Assembly: GCA_026770705.1 (NCBI GenBank)
Contig: JANJGN010000100.1
Location: forward strand, 744,001-808,000
Reading direction: 5' to 3'
Length of the DNA stretch: 64,000 nucleotides
From: Isurus oxyrinchus
Taxonomy: Eukaryota
The notes below the pieces were generated by a model. That model was given only the letters and a program-made list of their open reading frames with translations, did no database searches and was not told the origin of the DNA. Below, in pieces: positions 26,223 to 39,179 of this stretch. Within the stretch, counting starts at the first letter, position 1; the number at the start of each line of letters is the position of its first letter. The position numbers and the translations under genes are program-made.

Positions 26223-27344
26223 CTACAAGTGAGCAACAAAAACAAATAAAATAAAATCACGAGGAGGCCTTAATGCTGACAATTCTACTTATTAACAATA
26301 ATTTTTATATCAGTGACAATCTGTGGGCAGACATGTCAACACGTGGCATGCAGGACGTTTTAACCTGTAAGGAGGAAGGTCGCCTTCAAGGCTCTCAGTG
26401 CCTGGTGGAGGGACCCATGGTCATGAAGGGGGTGCTGCGCTGTGAGTCACCCCCAGCAGGCAAAACCCCTTCCACCATTCCTCAGGTGTGGCCTGGGTCA
26501 CCCCTTTTCTACATTGGACGACACGTCCCAAGGACATTACCCTCCATCACACTATCCTAGCACCAACATGCCCTATCTACATCGGACGCCCTCCCAAGGA
26601 CTTCCAACCGCGGATGCTCGCTTCCTTCCACCCCAGCCTCTCCATAAGGACTACTTAATCATATCTGCACACACCCGGCATCATCTCCCTTGTCAGCCTT
26701 GAAACACCCAACACTTACATGACCCTGGAATCCGAGATTCAGACGCAGTGGACTTGTTGTGTCCCCAGACGTGCCCACTGCTGCCGCTGGTGCTGCTGGG
26801 TAAATAGCGCTGCCAGCCAGTCAGATTGGCTAGCAGCTCCCTGAGTTGGAACATCCACCTGAGTTCGAGACACAAGTCCGGATCAAGCCAATTATTACTC
26901 CTGATTCAGGGGCTGCTGCGATTGGCGGGGATGTGATCCAACCACCAACCTCCCCTGCTCTGCACCTCCCCCCCCCAAAAACCTTGCCCAGCCCCCACAC
27001 CTCACCCCGATTCTGTGGATGGCAGTGCTGGGGTCTCCTGATCCGGAACTTCTGCCAGTGACAGCTTAATTCCAATGTCTATTTCTCTGCCCTTGCTTTC
27101 TCTCTGCTCCATTCTTCCGTTTCATCTTACATGCACATTTTTGTACCGATACTCAGCAGCAAATAGAATCCACTCTGGCAATTGGAACGATTATCTGAAT
27201 GAGGCTTTACAGTTTGACAGATTTTGTTGAAAATATATCCATTTGCTGTAATTCTCTGTTCTATTTTGCCTGCAGAAATTTGGCGAATTCAGTGGGCAGG
27301 GTGTGTCAACATTTTTTTTTATCGTACTATCAAAATAGGTTATA

Positions 27345-28595
27345 AGAACATGAGAACGAGGAGCAGGAGTTGGCAATTCAGCCCCTCGAGCCTGCCCCGC
27401 CATTCATTACGATCATGGCCGATCTCATTTTGGCCTCAACTCCAATTTCCCCCCTCTCCCCATAACCTTTAAACCCATTACTAATTAAAGATCTGTCTAT
27501 CTCTTCCTTAAATTTATTCAGCTTCCCAGCATCAACTGTACTCTGAGGTGGTGAATTCCACAGGTTCACGACATTTTGAGAAAAGTAATTCCTCCTCATC
27601 TCTGATTTAACACTACCACCCGTTAGACAAAAGCTATGGTCTCCTGTTCTGGAAAGCCCCAGAAAGAGAAACATCCGCTCCATGTCTACTTTGTCTATCC
27701 CCTTTAGCATCTTACATACCTCAATTAGATCTCCTGTCAACCTTCTAAACTCTAGCGAGTATTGGCCTAAAATGCTCAATCTCTCCTCTTAAGACAAGCC
27801 CCGCATCGCTGGAATCAATCGAGTGAACCTCCTCTGAACCACATCCAGTGCAGCTATATCCTTCCTCAAGTAAGTGTGAATCTGTGCACCATACCCCAGG
27901 TGCAGTCTCACCAATGCCTTGCCTACTTGCAACAAACTCTTCCCTCTTTTTATATTCTATGCTTTGAGCAATAAATATCAAAATTCCATTTGCCTTCTTT
28001 ATTACCTGCTGTGCCTGCATGCTACCTTTCAGCGATTCATGCACGAGGACATCCAGATCCCTCTGCACTGAAGGATTTTGAAGTTTCTCTCCATTTAAAC
28101 AATAAGTCGCCTTTTTAATCTTTCGACCAAAATGGATAACCTCACACTTATCCACGTTAAACTCCCTCTGCAAAATCTCGGCTTATTTACCTAACCTGTC
28201 CATATCCATTTGTAAATTTATTTCTTTTTCATTGCAACTTACTTTCCCACCTATTTTGATGTCATCTGCAAATTTGGTTATGGTACCTCCTATCTCTGAA
28301 TCCAAGTTATTAACATAGATGGTAAATAGTTGGGGCCCAAGGACCGAACCCCGGGGCACACCACTAGTTACAGCTTGCTATCCAGAAAAAGACCCATTTA
28401 TCCCGAATTTCTGCTTTCTGTTGGATAGCCAATCCTCTATCCAAGCTAATGTGTTACCCCTAACACCGTGTGATCTTATTTTGTGTATTAATCTTTTGTG
28501 TGGCACCTTAAGAAAGGCCTTCTGGAAGTCCAGATATATTACATCTTCAGGATCACCATTGCCCACATTGCTTGTCACATCTTCAAAGAAGTCAA
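27345..28595 (-). mobile_element. 5'-truncated CR1-clade LINE
   Basis: ORFs with DVIYLDFQKAF.KVPH, FNVDKCEVIHFG, GDLIEV...NLWNS. 3' tail at about 27350. Confidence 0.92.
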
Positions 28596-29032
28596 TATGC
28601 TCAATGCTCAAAGCAAGATTATGCTTAATGTGCACATTAACCAGGGCATAACATTCATCAGAAGGCGCCATGGAAAAAAAAATTGCAAAATTCGCCCGAC
28701 TGTGAGCATCATCCAGAACTTCAGGCATTGCCGGTGCAATACAGAATGCGAGAGAGCAGCAGGAGACCATTCGGCCGTTCATGACACTCACTACCTATTT
28801 GAAAGAGCACCATCAAATGCATTGGTCAATGCTGCTGAAACTCTTCCAGCAAATTTTATTGTAGTGTTTCACTGCATCTTGCTCTGTCACTGATCACACT
28901 CAGTGTTGCCTTTTCCAGGACCTTGAATCCGAAATGATAAATTATTGCAATAACAATCCCAATTAATCAGATGCTAATAAAGTAACTATGTTTCACATCT
29001 GCAAACCGTATGAACTGGGTCCATTTCCTCAC

Positions 29033-29347
29033 CTGACGTTGATCGAATTTCTTTCTGCTTGTTACTGTTGGTTGCGGAATGGGTTACTTGGCATCTGTAC
29101 ACGGAACCGCTGCTCCATTCCTGAAGAGGCACTTTCAGGAGGCTCGTGGAGCTGAAGTCTCCTTTCGATGATTTAGCTGGGGGCGTAGTGGTAAAGCCAG
29201 AGTCCATGCTATTTCCGTTCTTCTGCCAGGTCACCCCAATGCTTTCTGGCTTGTACTCCCTGATGAGGCAAAGCAGCTGCACAAAACCCTTTGCTCTCAG
29301 TTCGGAATTTGCAAGGTAGAAGAGACTGATTATTGGAGGAGTCGACC
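29033..29347 (-). CDS. IgNAR: IgNAR constant exon C1
   Basis: ttttag acceptor and gtgagg donor, 315 bp, phase 1-1. GSTPPIISLFY...VQLLCLI...VTWQKNG...DFSSTSLLKVPLQEWSSGSVYRCQVTH...KEIRSTS is a C1-set Ig domain matching IgNAR C1. Confidence 0.96.
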
Positions 29348-30569
29348 CTAAAATTAAAAAAAAAAACATCTTAGTTCTTTTCTAAAAGTACGATAAATCG
29401 TTTCCAACATATTTCCACCAGTATTCATCCCTTGGCCAAAATCTAAATCAGATATTGCAGTCACAGGCTCATTATAGGAGTTTGGTATGAGCAAATTAAC
29501 TGCCGGGTTTCATACAGGACAATGGTGTTTGCGCTTTAAAAATAATCTCATAGTTTGTAAGGCGCTATGTGGTGTTCTGAGGACCTGGAAGACACAATAG
29601 AAATTCACGTTTTTCCTCAATTATTTATTGGAATATTTGCGCTTTGTTAATTGCCATTTCTATTATTATCGTAGCAATGCAATGGAATGTGACACCACCT
29701 GAAATCTTATCTAAAATAGAGACCAGATTCTTAAGATAATATGAATGACTCACGGCCCTGGTCTGCACCGGGTGCAACACAAATGGCGGACAGATCAGAG
29801 ATTATTATTATTATTGTTATCTTAATAACAGCAATTGAAGCTTTACCGACCCGTTCACATAATACAATAAAATTTCCTGGAATTTCCTTCCATCATATCG
29901 GCGCACATGTGAGAAGGTCACCGCTTTAGCGGGAGGGAACTGAACCACAACTATTGGGAGTCAATGAATGCTCTAATCAGGAAGTTGCATTTCGCTCCCA
30001 AGGGCTCGGCAAAAGTCCATGTCCTCGATCCAACCCGACCCTGTAATAATGGAAATTTGGCTGTGTTTCCGGAACTTAGAAAGCTGCGTATTTATTTATT
30101 TAGAGACGATATTGGCAGGTGTGGAGTCTGCTCAGGATGGAATCCACACACCGGTGGTATGCATTTGAAATTTATTTTAATGATTTATCACCAATGCCTG
30201 TTGCAGGTAGCTATGGAAATTGGAACTTTTCTCAAGCTATTTTAAAAGAAGTACTTGTTGGTAGAAAGGGATAAGTCGGAGCAGGTATGAAAGTGATGCA
30301 GCATTATTGCTTGCATGTTATATTTCTGCTTATCAAAGCTGCCTGGGAGCAGGTATGGAGGTGGCTGCAGTGGTGTTAAATTAAATGTTAATGATCCCCT
30401 TATATGTACTGGCCAGCAGAATGAAAAACAGGATGCAGCCCAACGTTCTTGCACTCAGCTCCATATCTGCTCCCATTCAGCCTGTTATAAGCAAAACATA
30501 AGAATGGAAATATTGTCATAAAGGAAGTGAGGTGTTGAATAGCAATTCAAATATTGCTGAAAAAAGGAT

Positions 30570-30665
30570 TTTTTTGTCGAAGCTTTTAGTCTTGCACTCA
30601 TCAGGATAGTTCACAAGAAATTATTACTCTCGGGGAAACGACATATTTATATAGCATGACAAAAC
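30570..30665 (-). mobile_element. Penelope-like element terminus with a degenerate hammerhead motif; probable continuation at about 34835-34910
   Basis: Minus-strand CTGATGA-gtgcaagac-TAAAAGCTTC-gac has the minimal hammerhead layout. The element is interrupted by a CR1. Confidence 0.45.
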
Positions 30666-31089
30666 AGACGCACAAGACAGGAGCTCATGTATTGCGGGTA
30701 ATGCGTTAGCATGGATTAAGGATTGACTATCACAGGGAAGACAAAGAATCGGTATTTAATGATTTTTTTCAGGTGGGAAAACCACAAAGTTCAGTCCTAG
30801 GGCCTCAATTATTTACTATCAATATTAATTACTTGGAGTCGGGGCAGAGTGTGATATATCCAAATTTGCAGACAATATAAAATAGGTGGGAGGGCATGTT
30901 GTGATGAACGCATAAGCAATCGGCAAGGGAATATAGATGGGTTGAGTAAGTGGGAGAAACTTGCAGATAAAGCTTACTGCAGAAAAGTGTGAGGTTATGC
31001 ACTATGGTAGGAAGAAGCAAAAGTCAAACTATTATTTAAATTGAGAGATGCTCCAAAAACGTGCAGCACAGACGGATCTGGTTGTTATA

Positions 31090-32445
31090 GAACCAATAAC
31101 AGAAAAGTACAGCACAGGAACAGGACCTTCGGCACTCCAAGCTTGTGCCGATCATACTGCCTGCCAAACTAAAACATTGTACAATTCCGGGGTCCATATC
31201 CCTCTATTCCCATCCCATTCGTGTATTTGGCAAGCTGCCTCTTAAACAGCACTATCATACTTGCTTCCACCACCTCTTCTGGCATCGAATTCCAGACACT
31301 CACTACCCTCTGGGTAAAAAGTTTGCCCCGCTCATCTCCTCTTAGGTTTTCTCCGCTCACCTTCCATCTATGTCCCCTAGTAATTGACTCTTCCACCCTG
31401 GGAAAAAAAAGCTTCTATCTACTCTGCCCATGCCACTCATAATTTTGTAAACTTCTATCAATCTCCGTTGCTCTATTGAGAACAATCCGAGTTTCTCCAA
31501 CCTCTCTTCATATACAATAACCTACAGACCAGGCAACATCCTGCAAAACCTCCTCTGCACCCTCTCCAACGCCTCCATATCCTTCTAGTAATGTGGTGAC
31601 GAGAATTGCAAGCAATAATCGCAGTCTGGCCTAACCAAGGTTCTATACAGCTGCAGCATGACTTCCAGGCTTTAAGACTCAATAACCCTGCTGATGAAGG
31701 CAAGCATTCCATATGCCTTCCTGACTATGTTATCCAACTGCGTTGCCAATTTCAGCGGCCTGTGGATCTGTACACCCAGGTCCCTCTGCCCGTCGATTCA
31801 CTCAAAATTTTCTGACATTTACTGTATAATTCCTACCTGTATTAGACTTTCCAAAAGGCATTACCTCGCATTTGTCGGGATTAAACTCCATGTGCCGTTT
31901 CTCCGCCCAAGTCTCCAACTGATCCATATCCCATTGTATCCTTTGACAATGCACTTCAATGTCTGCAACTCCTCCAATCTCAGTGCCGTCTGAAAACTTA
32001 CTGATTAGCCCAGTAACTTTTTCCTCCAAATCATTAACATATCCTACAAACAACCAATGTCCCAGCACTGATCCCTGTGGAAATCCACCAATCACAGGTC
32101 TCCATTCAGAAAAGCACCCTTCCACTGCTACCCTCTGTCTTCTATGACCAAGGCAATTCTGCATCCATCTTGCCAACTCACATCTGATCCCGTGCGACTT
32201 TACCTTCTGTACCAGTCTGCAATGAGGGACATTGTCAAAGGCCTTACTGAAATCTGTGTAGATAGAATCCACCGCCCTTCCATCGTTGATCATCTTTGTC
32301 ACTTCCTCGAAAACTCGGTCAAGTTAGTGAGACCATGACCTACCCTTCAAAACCAAGCTGCCTCTCAATAAAACACCCATTTGCTTCCAAATGCTAATAA
32401 ATCCTGTCACAAAGAATCTTCTCCAATAATTTCCATACCACTCAC
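31090..32445 (-). mobile_element. CR1-clade LINE nested in an older CR1
   Basis: ORFs with YTDFSKAFDNVPH, PQGSVLG, FSDGT, FTQRVVSVWN. Confidence 0.9.
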
Positions 32446-32644
32446 TGGTGGAACAACATTGCACATGAAGCACAAAAACAAAGTTATCAAACAGGTGCAA
32501 CAGGTGATTAATAAGGCAAGTGGATTTTGGTCTGTATTGCTAGGGGTCTAAAGTTTAAAAATAGGAAGTCTTTTTACAAATGTGGAGGGCCTTGTTGAGG
32601 CCGTACCTCGAGCACTGTCTATAGTTTTGGTTCCTGATGTTCAG

Positions 32645-34315
32645 AGAATCACTGAATCACACAATGCAGAAGGGGCCCTTCGGCCCATCGAGTCTGCACC
32701 GACACGTGAGATCTACCTACCTAATCCAGTTCACCAGCACTTGTCCTATAGCCTTAAATGTTATGATGTGCCAAGTGCTCATCCAGGAATTTTTTAAAGG
32801 ATGTGAGGCAACTTGCCTCCACCACCCTCCAAGTCAGCGCATTCCAGAACGTCAAAACCCTCTGGGTAAAAATTTTTTTCCTCACATCGCACCTAAGCCT
32901 CCTGCCCCTCACCATGAACTTATGTCCCTTCGTGACTGACCCTTCAACTAAGGGGAACAGCTGCTCGCTATCCACCCTGTATATGCACCTCATAATCTTG
33001 TGCAGCTCGATCAGAACGCCCTTCAGTGTTCTCTGCTCCAACGAACACAAACCAAGTCCATACGACTTCTCTTCTTAACTTAAATGTTTTATCCCAGGCA
33101 TCATCCTGGTGAATCTCCTCTGTATCTCTTCCACTGCAATCATGGAGCGACCAGAACTGCACACGTTACTCCAGCTGTGGCCTCACCAAGGTTCTATACT
33201 TCTCCAAGATGTCCTCCCTGGTTTTGTAATCAATGCCTCGATTGATAAAGGCAAGTGTCTTATATGCCTTTTTCACCACCCGACGAACATGCTGCTCTGC
33301 CTTCAGACATTTAGGGACACACACGCCAAGGTCCCTTTATTCCTCAGAACTTCCTCCTGCCGTGCCTTTCATTTGAATTTTTCCTTGTCAAATTAATCCT
33401 TCCAAAGTGTATCACCTCATACTTTTCAGGGTTAAATCCCATCCACCACTTATCTGCCCATTTGACCATCCTGTATATATATTCCTGTAGCCCAAGACAG
33501 TCAACCTCACTGTTAAACATCTGGCCAATCTTTGTGTCATCCGAAAACTCACTAATCCTACCCTCCACATAGTCTTATATGCCGTTTATATGAATGATGA
33601 ATAAAAGGGGACCCAGCACACATCCCTGTGGTATGCCAATGGACGTTGGCTTCCAGTCACTGAAGCATCCCTGTGCCATCACCAACTGTCTCAGACAACT
33701 AAGCTAATTTTGAATCCACCTTATAAATTACCCTGTATCCCATGCGCATTTGCCCTCTGTATAAGTCTCCCATGTGGGACCTTGTCAAAGGATTTGCTAA
33801 AATCCACATAAACTACATCAACAGCAGTACCCTCATCGACCCACCTAGTCCCCTTCTCAAAAAAGTCAAGCAAATTTGTTAGGCATGGCCTCCCTCTGAC
33901 AAAGCCATGCTGACTATCCCTGTTCAAGCCTTGCCTCTCCAAATGTAGGTCGGTTCTCTCCTTCAGAATTTTCTCCGATAGTTTCCCTACCACTGATATG
34001 AGACTCACTGGTCTGTAGTTTCCTGGCTTATTTCCATACCCCTCCTTCATTAGCGGAACCAAATTCGCTGTTCTCCAGTCCTCAGGCACATCCCCGATGG
34101 CCATATTTGGGTCAGATACCTGCCCCCCTCAGCAGTTTGGGACATATATCATCTGGACCTGGAAGTTTGTCCACTTCTAAGCCTGCCAGCGACTCCAATA
34201 TCTTTTCAGCCCCTATGTCAATTTGCTCAAGAACCTCGCAATCTCTCTCCATTAGTTCGAAAGTTTCATCCTCATTCTCTTGGGTGAAAATGCATGAGAA
34301 AGATTCATTCAACAC
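32645..34315 (-). mobile_element. CR1-clade LINE nested in an older CR1
   Basis: ORFs with PGPDDICP, VPEDWRTAN, NYRPVSL, YVDFSKSFDKVPH, FSDDTK, FTQRV. Confidence 0.92.
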
Positions 34316-35199
34316 ATTTAAGAAAGGAAGTACTGGCATTGAAGGCAGTTCGAAAGATATTCAAAGGGCTGATTCATGGAATGAGGGTTTTGACTTATCA
34401 AGAATGGCTAAACAGTTTCAGCCTTTGTCCATTAGAGTTTTGAAGAATGAGAGTTATCTTATTGAAACGCACAAAATCCTGAAGGGGCTTGGCAGGGTAG
34501 GCGTTGAGAAAATATTTCCACCACTGGGGAAATGTAAAACTAGGGGACATGGTTAGAGAATAAAGGGAAAATCATTTGAAGCTGAGATGCAAAGGAATTT
34601 GTTCTCTCAGAGGGTAGTGAATGTCTCGAATTCTTTACCCTAGAGTGCTGTGGAGGCTAGGCCACTGAAAGTACTGAAAGAGGAAATGGATGTTTTTGTG
34701 AAATATCAAGAAGTTGAGAGCTATGAGGAGCTGGCACGAAAGAGGAGCTGTGGCCTGGGGCAGATCGGTTCTTATTTTATTGAAAGGCGGGGCAGGCTTG
34801 AGAGGCCAAATGGCCTACTCCTGCTCCTCTTTGTTTTGTTCATAAAAGATTGCTGATTGGTTGGAAAATGGCTCTGATTGTTTGAGGCGCTGCCGCGGAG
34901 GATGCACAAGCATCAAGCTTACATAGAGAGCAAATGGCTCGGGCCAGATTTAGGGGTTTTACGATAAGACCAATTTTATAATGCATGGTACTTTAAGAGT
35001 CGCAACGCGTATATTGGACGTTATGGGTTGACCTGCAGCAAACACTGATTGTCGGCACTTGTTAATTTATGACTGAACTGTTGTCAGCGCTGTAGGTCCA
35101 ATATTTCTTCACTTTTGCTCTGCCAAGTAGTGATTGTCAAATATTGAATGCACATTGATTCTTTCTCTATCATTTCCCATTTAAACCCTGCCCCTCGGC

Positions 35200-36090
35200 G
35201 ATGTTATCTGAAACCAGACCATTAATTTTCACCTGTATGATGACAATGCAGAATTCTACACCACCACCACCTCTATCGACTCCTCCAATGTCATGAAATT
35301 GCCAGACTGATGCCCGACATTCAGTCCTAGATTAACAGTAATTTCGCCCAACTAAATATCGGGAATGCTGAAGCCGTAATCTTCAGAACCAGCTGCACAT
35401 TCCATTCCCTTGAAGCCTGTTCCACTCCTCTGTCTGTCAATAGCTGAGGCTGTATCAGACTCTTTGCCACTTTGGTGTAATTATTTGACCACAAGACCAG
35501 TTTCTGACCATGTATTTGCTCTATTCCTCCGACAGTCTATTTAAACCTCAAGAAGATCTCCTCACTCCGCTCAGACATCTCCACAATCTATACAGCAGCT
35601 TCATTCATACCTTTATTCCCTTTAGATTTGGCTATTCCAATGCACTTGTAGCCAATATCCCACATTCTATCCTCAGTGAACTTTAGATCATCCTAAACTG
35701 CTGCCCGTGTATTAATCACGCTAAGCACCTTTCACCAATCACCTTCTGCTTGCTGAATGGCATTGTGCCCCGTTCAACCAAAGCATTGATTTATAATTCC
35801 CATCCACCCGTGGTCTTGTACATCCCACACCCTGTAAACTCATCCAGCTATGTAACTTTCCAAAAATGTGGGCCTGCCAAATAAAGCTTCTCGGATTTCA
35901 ATTGCACCCCCGCCCGCCCTAAGGACCAAAGCACTAGAATTCCCTCCCTAAACCTCACCCCTTATCCAGCGTTTTTTTCAACCAAACATTAGCCATTCTC
36001 CTAATTATCGCCTTACGTATCTCATCGGTTTGGATTTTAAGACTCCTCTGAATTGCATTGGGAAGTTTCATTGCGCTGAAGATAATGTAA
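35200..36090 (+). mobile_element. Decayed L2-like LINE fragment
   Basis: YxDD-like tatgatgacaatgcag and QLNIG..EA-like remnants. A related fragment lies at about 45280-46040. Confidence 0.5.
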
Positions 36091-38508
36091 GTCTAAGTTT
36101 TGTTTGTTAACTGCTATCGATAACCTGTTTTACCTTTCATGTTCATGGAGCAATATGGTTTTGTAACTTTACCTGGAAACATTTTCAAACAAAATTTTCT
36201 GAAATAATGGGATTCATAGTCGACAGCAAAAAGAATTTAGGACACACTCAAATCATTCATGATATCATCAAATGGTGGAACAAGATGAATCGGCACATCA
36301 GCTCACTCCAAATCTGTTTGTTCATATCGGCTAATGATAACAATCCAAGTTCATCTAAATTGCTTCATAATTTAAATCCCGTGTCACATGTAATATTATA
36401 GCTTATTTCCTCTATGCCCTTTCTAAGATGTTAACATCGTCCCTTAACTGCAGTTCATATAATTAGGCACATTATTCCAAATAGTTCTTAAGCACTATTC
36501 TTACTGTTATGACACAACGGTTGATAAAGGCTAACCTTTAAAATCCCAGATGGAAACTTTAAACAACTGTCATTATCTATATTTTCAATTGGTGCGTTTG
36601 AGATGAAATTCTGAATTCAGAAATGAACCCCCTCAACCCTTCAGTGGTTATTATATCAAACTAAATGATACATTTATGAATATACAACAAGGCATTGAGC
36701 ACATAAACATTTCTACAAATTATTATCATAACTTATAACGAATTTCCAAATTAATCTCCAAGGAGGCAAAAATAACCAATAGACTTAACCAGACACCAGG
36801 CAAAGCAATTTCATCTTATGAATTCAAAATGAGTTTCCTTTCAAGTTGGTTCCTTTGCAGGCAGCAATAGGCTTACAGCTTTTGACCTTACATGCCTCTG
36901 GTTTCAACACACAGAACTCTTACGCATATACCGAGCCTTCCCCGTTGAATGCAGTTGTTCATTCTATCACCAGGTCATTTGAACGCCTTTCACAATACCA
37001 ATTTTGTTAGTAATATAAACATTGCTTTGTTTCTCTTGGCTTAGTGCAAGTTTTCGCTCTGCTTCTCAAATGCTGCATTCAACAAAATGCAAATGCACCC
37101 TAGCATACTGTTTACATCTCAAAATTACTATACATCAAAGCAGGCAGGCAAGCTGCCTTTAGTCCAATTAACACACACAGATTAAAACCCCAATAAAAAA
37201 AAACAATTACATTACATAGATTATTATTTCTTCCTGACATTATTTTAAATTTAGCATAACCTTATTACCTTATGCTTTAAGAAACAACTGAAAATGTCTG
37301 CCACCTTCAAGATCACTGTGCATGTGGCCCCAGGTCACTCGATTCCAGTCCCCTTCTCCACCGACGAAGAACTGATTATTTAGTTCATTCATCCATCAAA
37401 AACCTATACCACAACACTTCCTCGCATTTAACAGAACCTGCAATGCATCAACCCAGTTGACCAGTCAGACTACGTTAGCTCTTCAGTATATTTACACATT
37501 GCATGCCATCCGAAATCTTTGAAATTCTGCCACGTATCCGAGTCCAGGTGATTAATATGTTCCAGAAAGAAACATAGTTCTCATACTGCCCCGGACTGAC
37601 AACGGGCAATTTTGTCTAATCAGAAACAGTAATTCAAAACCATATCCCTAACTTCTACCCCTTCCCAAATCTTGTATTCAGCCTGTCGCCTCCATTTTAA
37701 CCCCAATGGACTTTAGTTTTGATGCTTAAGCGAACAATAATTGTGGGTCCATATACCCAGCATCACCTGCACTGAGCTCAACAACCGTCTCTGCTACACC
37801 ATCAAAAATTCATCCAACATAGTTAAACATGATTTTCCTTTAACAAACTCCGTTTGCTTGTAACTATTGAACTGTAGTAGGGAGTACCAACTAATTTTCG
37901 CCACATTATTGTCTGTACAGTTTTCCCCATTTCTAATGCTGGGCTGATTGGCTGCGTTTCTCAAGTTCTCCGCTTTGTGTGCCCGGGTACAACATTTTGG
38001 AACACCCAGTCTTCCAGGACCACTCTCATATCTAAGGAGGTTTGGAAGGCTGTGGTGATAGCTTTAACTGTTTCATCACTGGCTTCTATCGGCATTCCAT
38101 CCATCCAAGTGATTTGTTTTCTTCTTTTAGCGCTGCCAACATTGTAAGTAACATTTTTTTTTATTATATCGAATCCCTTCAGTTTCCCGAGTGCCCCATA
38201 ACTTGCTGTGACATTGACAGAATTAAGCATTTTTTTCAGTGAAGGCACATTTAACCTATTTACTTTTGCCTCTGCCACGCCCCTTACCGCCCTAACAATA
38301 TAGGTTTCGGCCCTTATTTATCCTCACCCTTCCTTTGACAATCCTACTTTTAGGTGCCCATAAAAAAATTACAAAACACTTTGAGTTTGCCTTTTATTTT
38401 AAATGAAGAAATATTCACATACCTTGCCTCTATTATTCCGTTTGTCTCGTTCACCCTTTCCTTTATGTGCTCAACCTGCTTCTTTACTGATGAAACATAC
38501 ATTTCCAA

Positions 38509-39179
38509 AACAAAAACAGAATTACCTGGAAAAACTCAGCAGGTCTGGCAGCATCGGCGGAGAAGAAAAGAGTTGACGTTTCGAGTCCTCATGACCCTTC
38601 GACAGAACTTGATTTCGAGTCCAAGAAAGAGTTGAAATATAAGCTGGTTTAAGGTGTGTGTGTGTGGGGAGGCGGAGAGAGAGAGAGAGAGACAGAGGGG
38701 CTTGTGTAGACAAACAAGCAGTGATAGAAGCAGATCATCAAAAGATGTCAGTGACAATGGTACAAAAGAACACATAGGTGTTAAAGTTAAAGTTGGTGAT
38801 ATTATCTAAACGAATGTGCTAATTAAGAATAGATGGTAGGGCACGCAAGGTACAGCTCTAGTGGGGGTGGGGGGAGCATAAAAGATTTTAAAATATTTAA
38901 AAATAATGGAAATAGGTGGGAAAAGAAAAATCTATAAAATTTATAGGGAAAAAAAAGGGGGGAAAAAAGGGGGGAAACAGAAAGGGGGTGGGGATGGGGG
39001 AGGGAGCTCACGACCTAAAGTTGTTGAATTCAATATTCAGACCGGAAGGCTGTAAGGTGCCTAGTCGGAAGATGAGGTGTTGTTCCTCCAGTTTGCGTTG
39101 GGCTTCACTGGAACAATGCAGTAAGCCAAGGACAGACATGTGGGCAAGAGAGCAGGGTGGAGTGTTAAAATGGCAAGCG
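38509..39179 (-). mobile_element. Young Penelope-like element fragment (GIY-YIG C-terminus and terminal repeat) with a 10-bp flanking duplication
   Basis: ORF 39008-39196 VACHFN...GLLHC...RKLEEQHLIFRLGTLQPSGLNIEF resembles the end of a Penelope GIY-YIG endonuclease. Flanked by acatttccaa at 38499-38508 and 39180-39189. Confidence 0.8.
38571..38609 (-). ncRNA. Minimal type I hammerhead ribozyme-like motif (A6U core variant)
   Basis: AGUU-CUGUCGA-A-GGGUC(augag)GACUC-GAAA-C-GUC-AACU: stem I AGUU/AACU, stem II, palindromic ACGU helix III and a GUC triplet. Lies in a Penelope-like terminus. Confidence 0.55.

Larger units (their letters stand above)
30665..34830 (+). mobile_element. Older plus-strand CR1 split into three pieces (30665-31085, 32460-32640, 34320-34830) by two minus-strand CR1 insertions
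   Basis: The CR1 RT sequence continues colinearly across both insertions and ends with the tail aatggcctactcctgctcct at about 34810. Confidence 0.75.

Noticed and set aside
26290-27060. GC-rich block upstream of C2 with several short ORFs
   Set aside because: It shares motifs (gccagcc...gattggc) with 53220-53480, indicating a dispersed repeat. No Ig domain or splice structure, and the family could not be identified.
37087-37094. Isolated octamer ATGCAAAT in the J-C1 intron
   Set aside because: No accompanying motif cluster, and within chance expectation.
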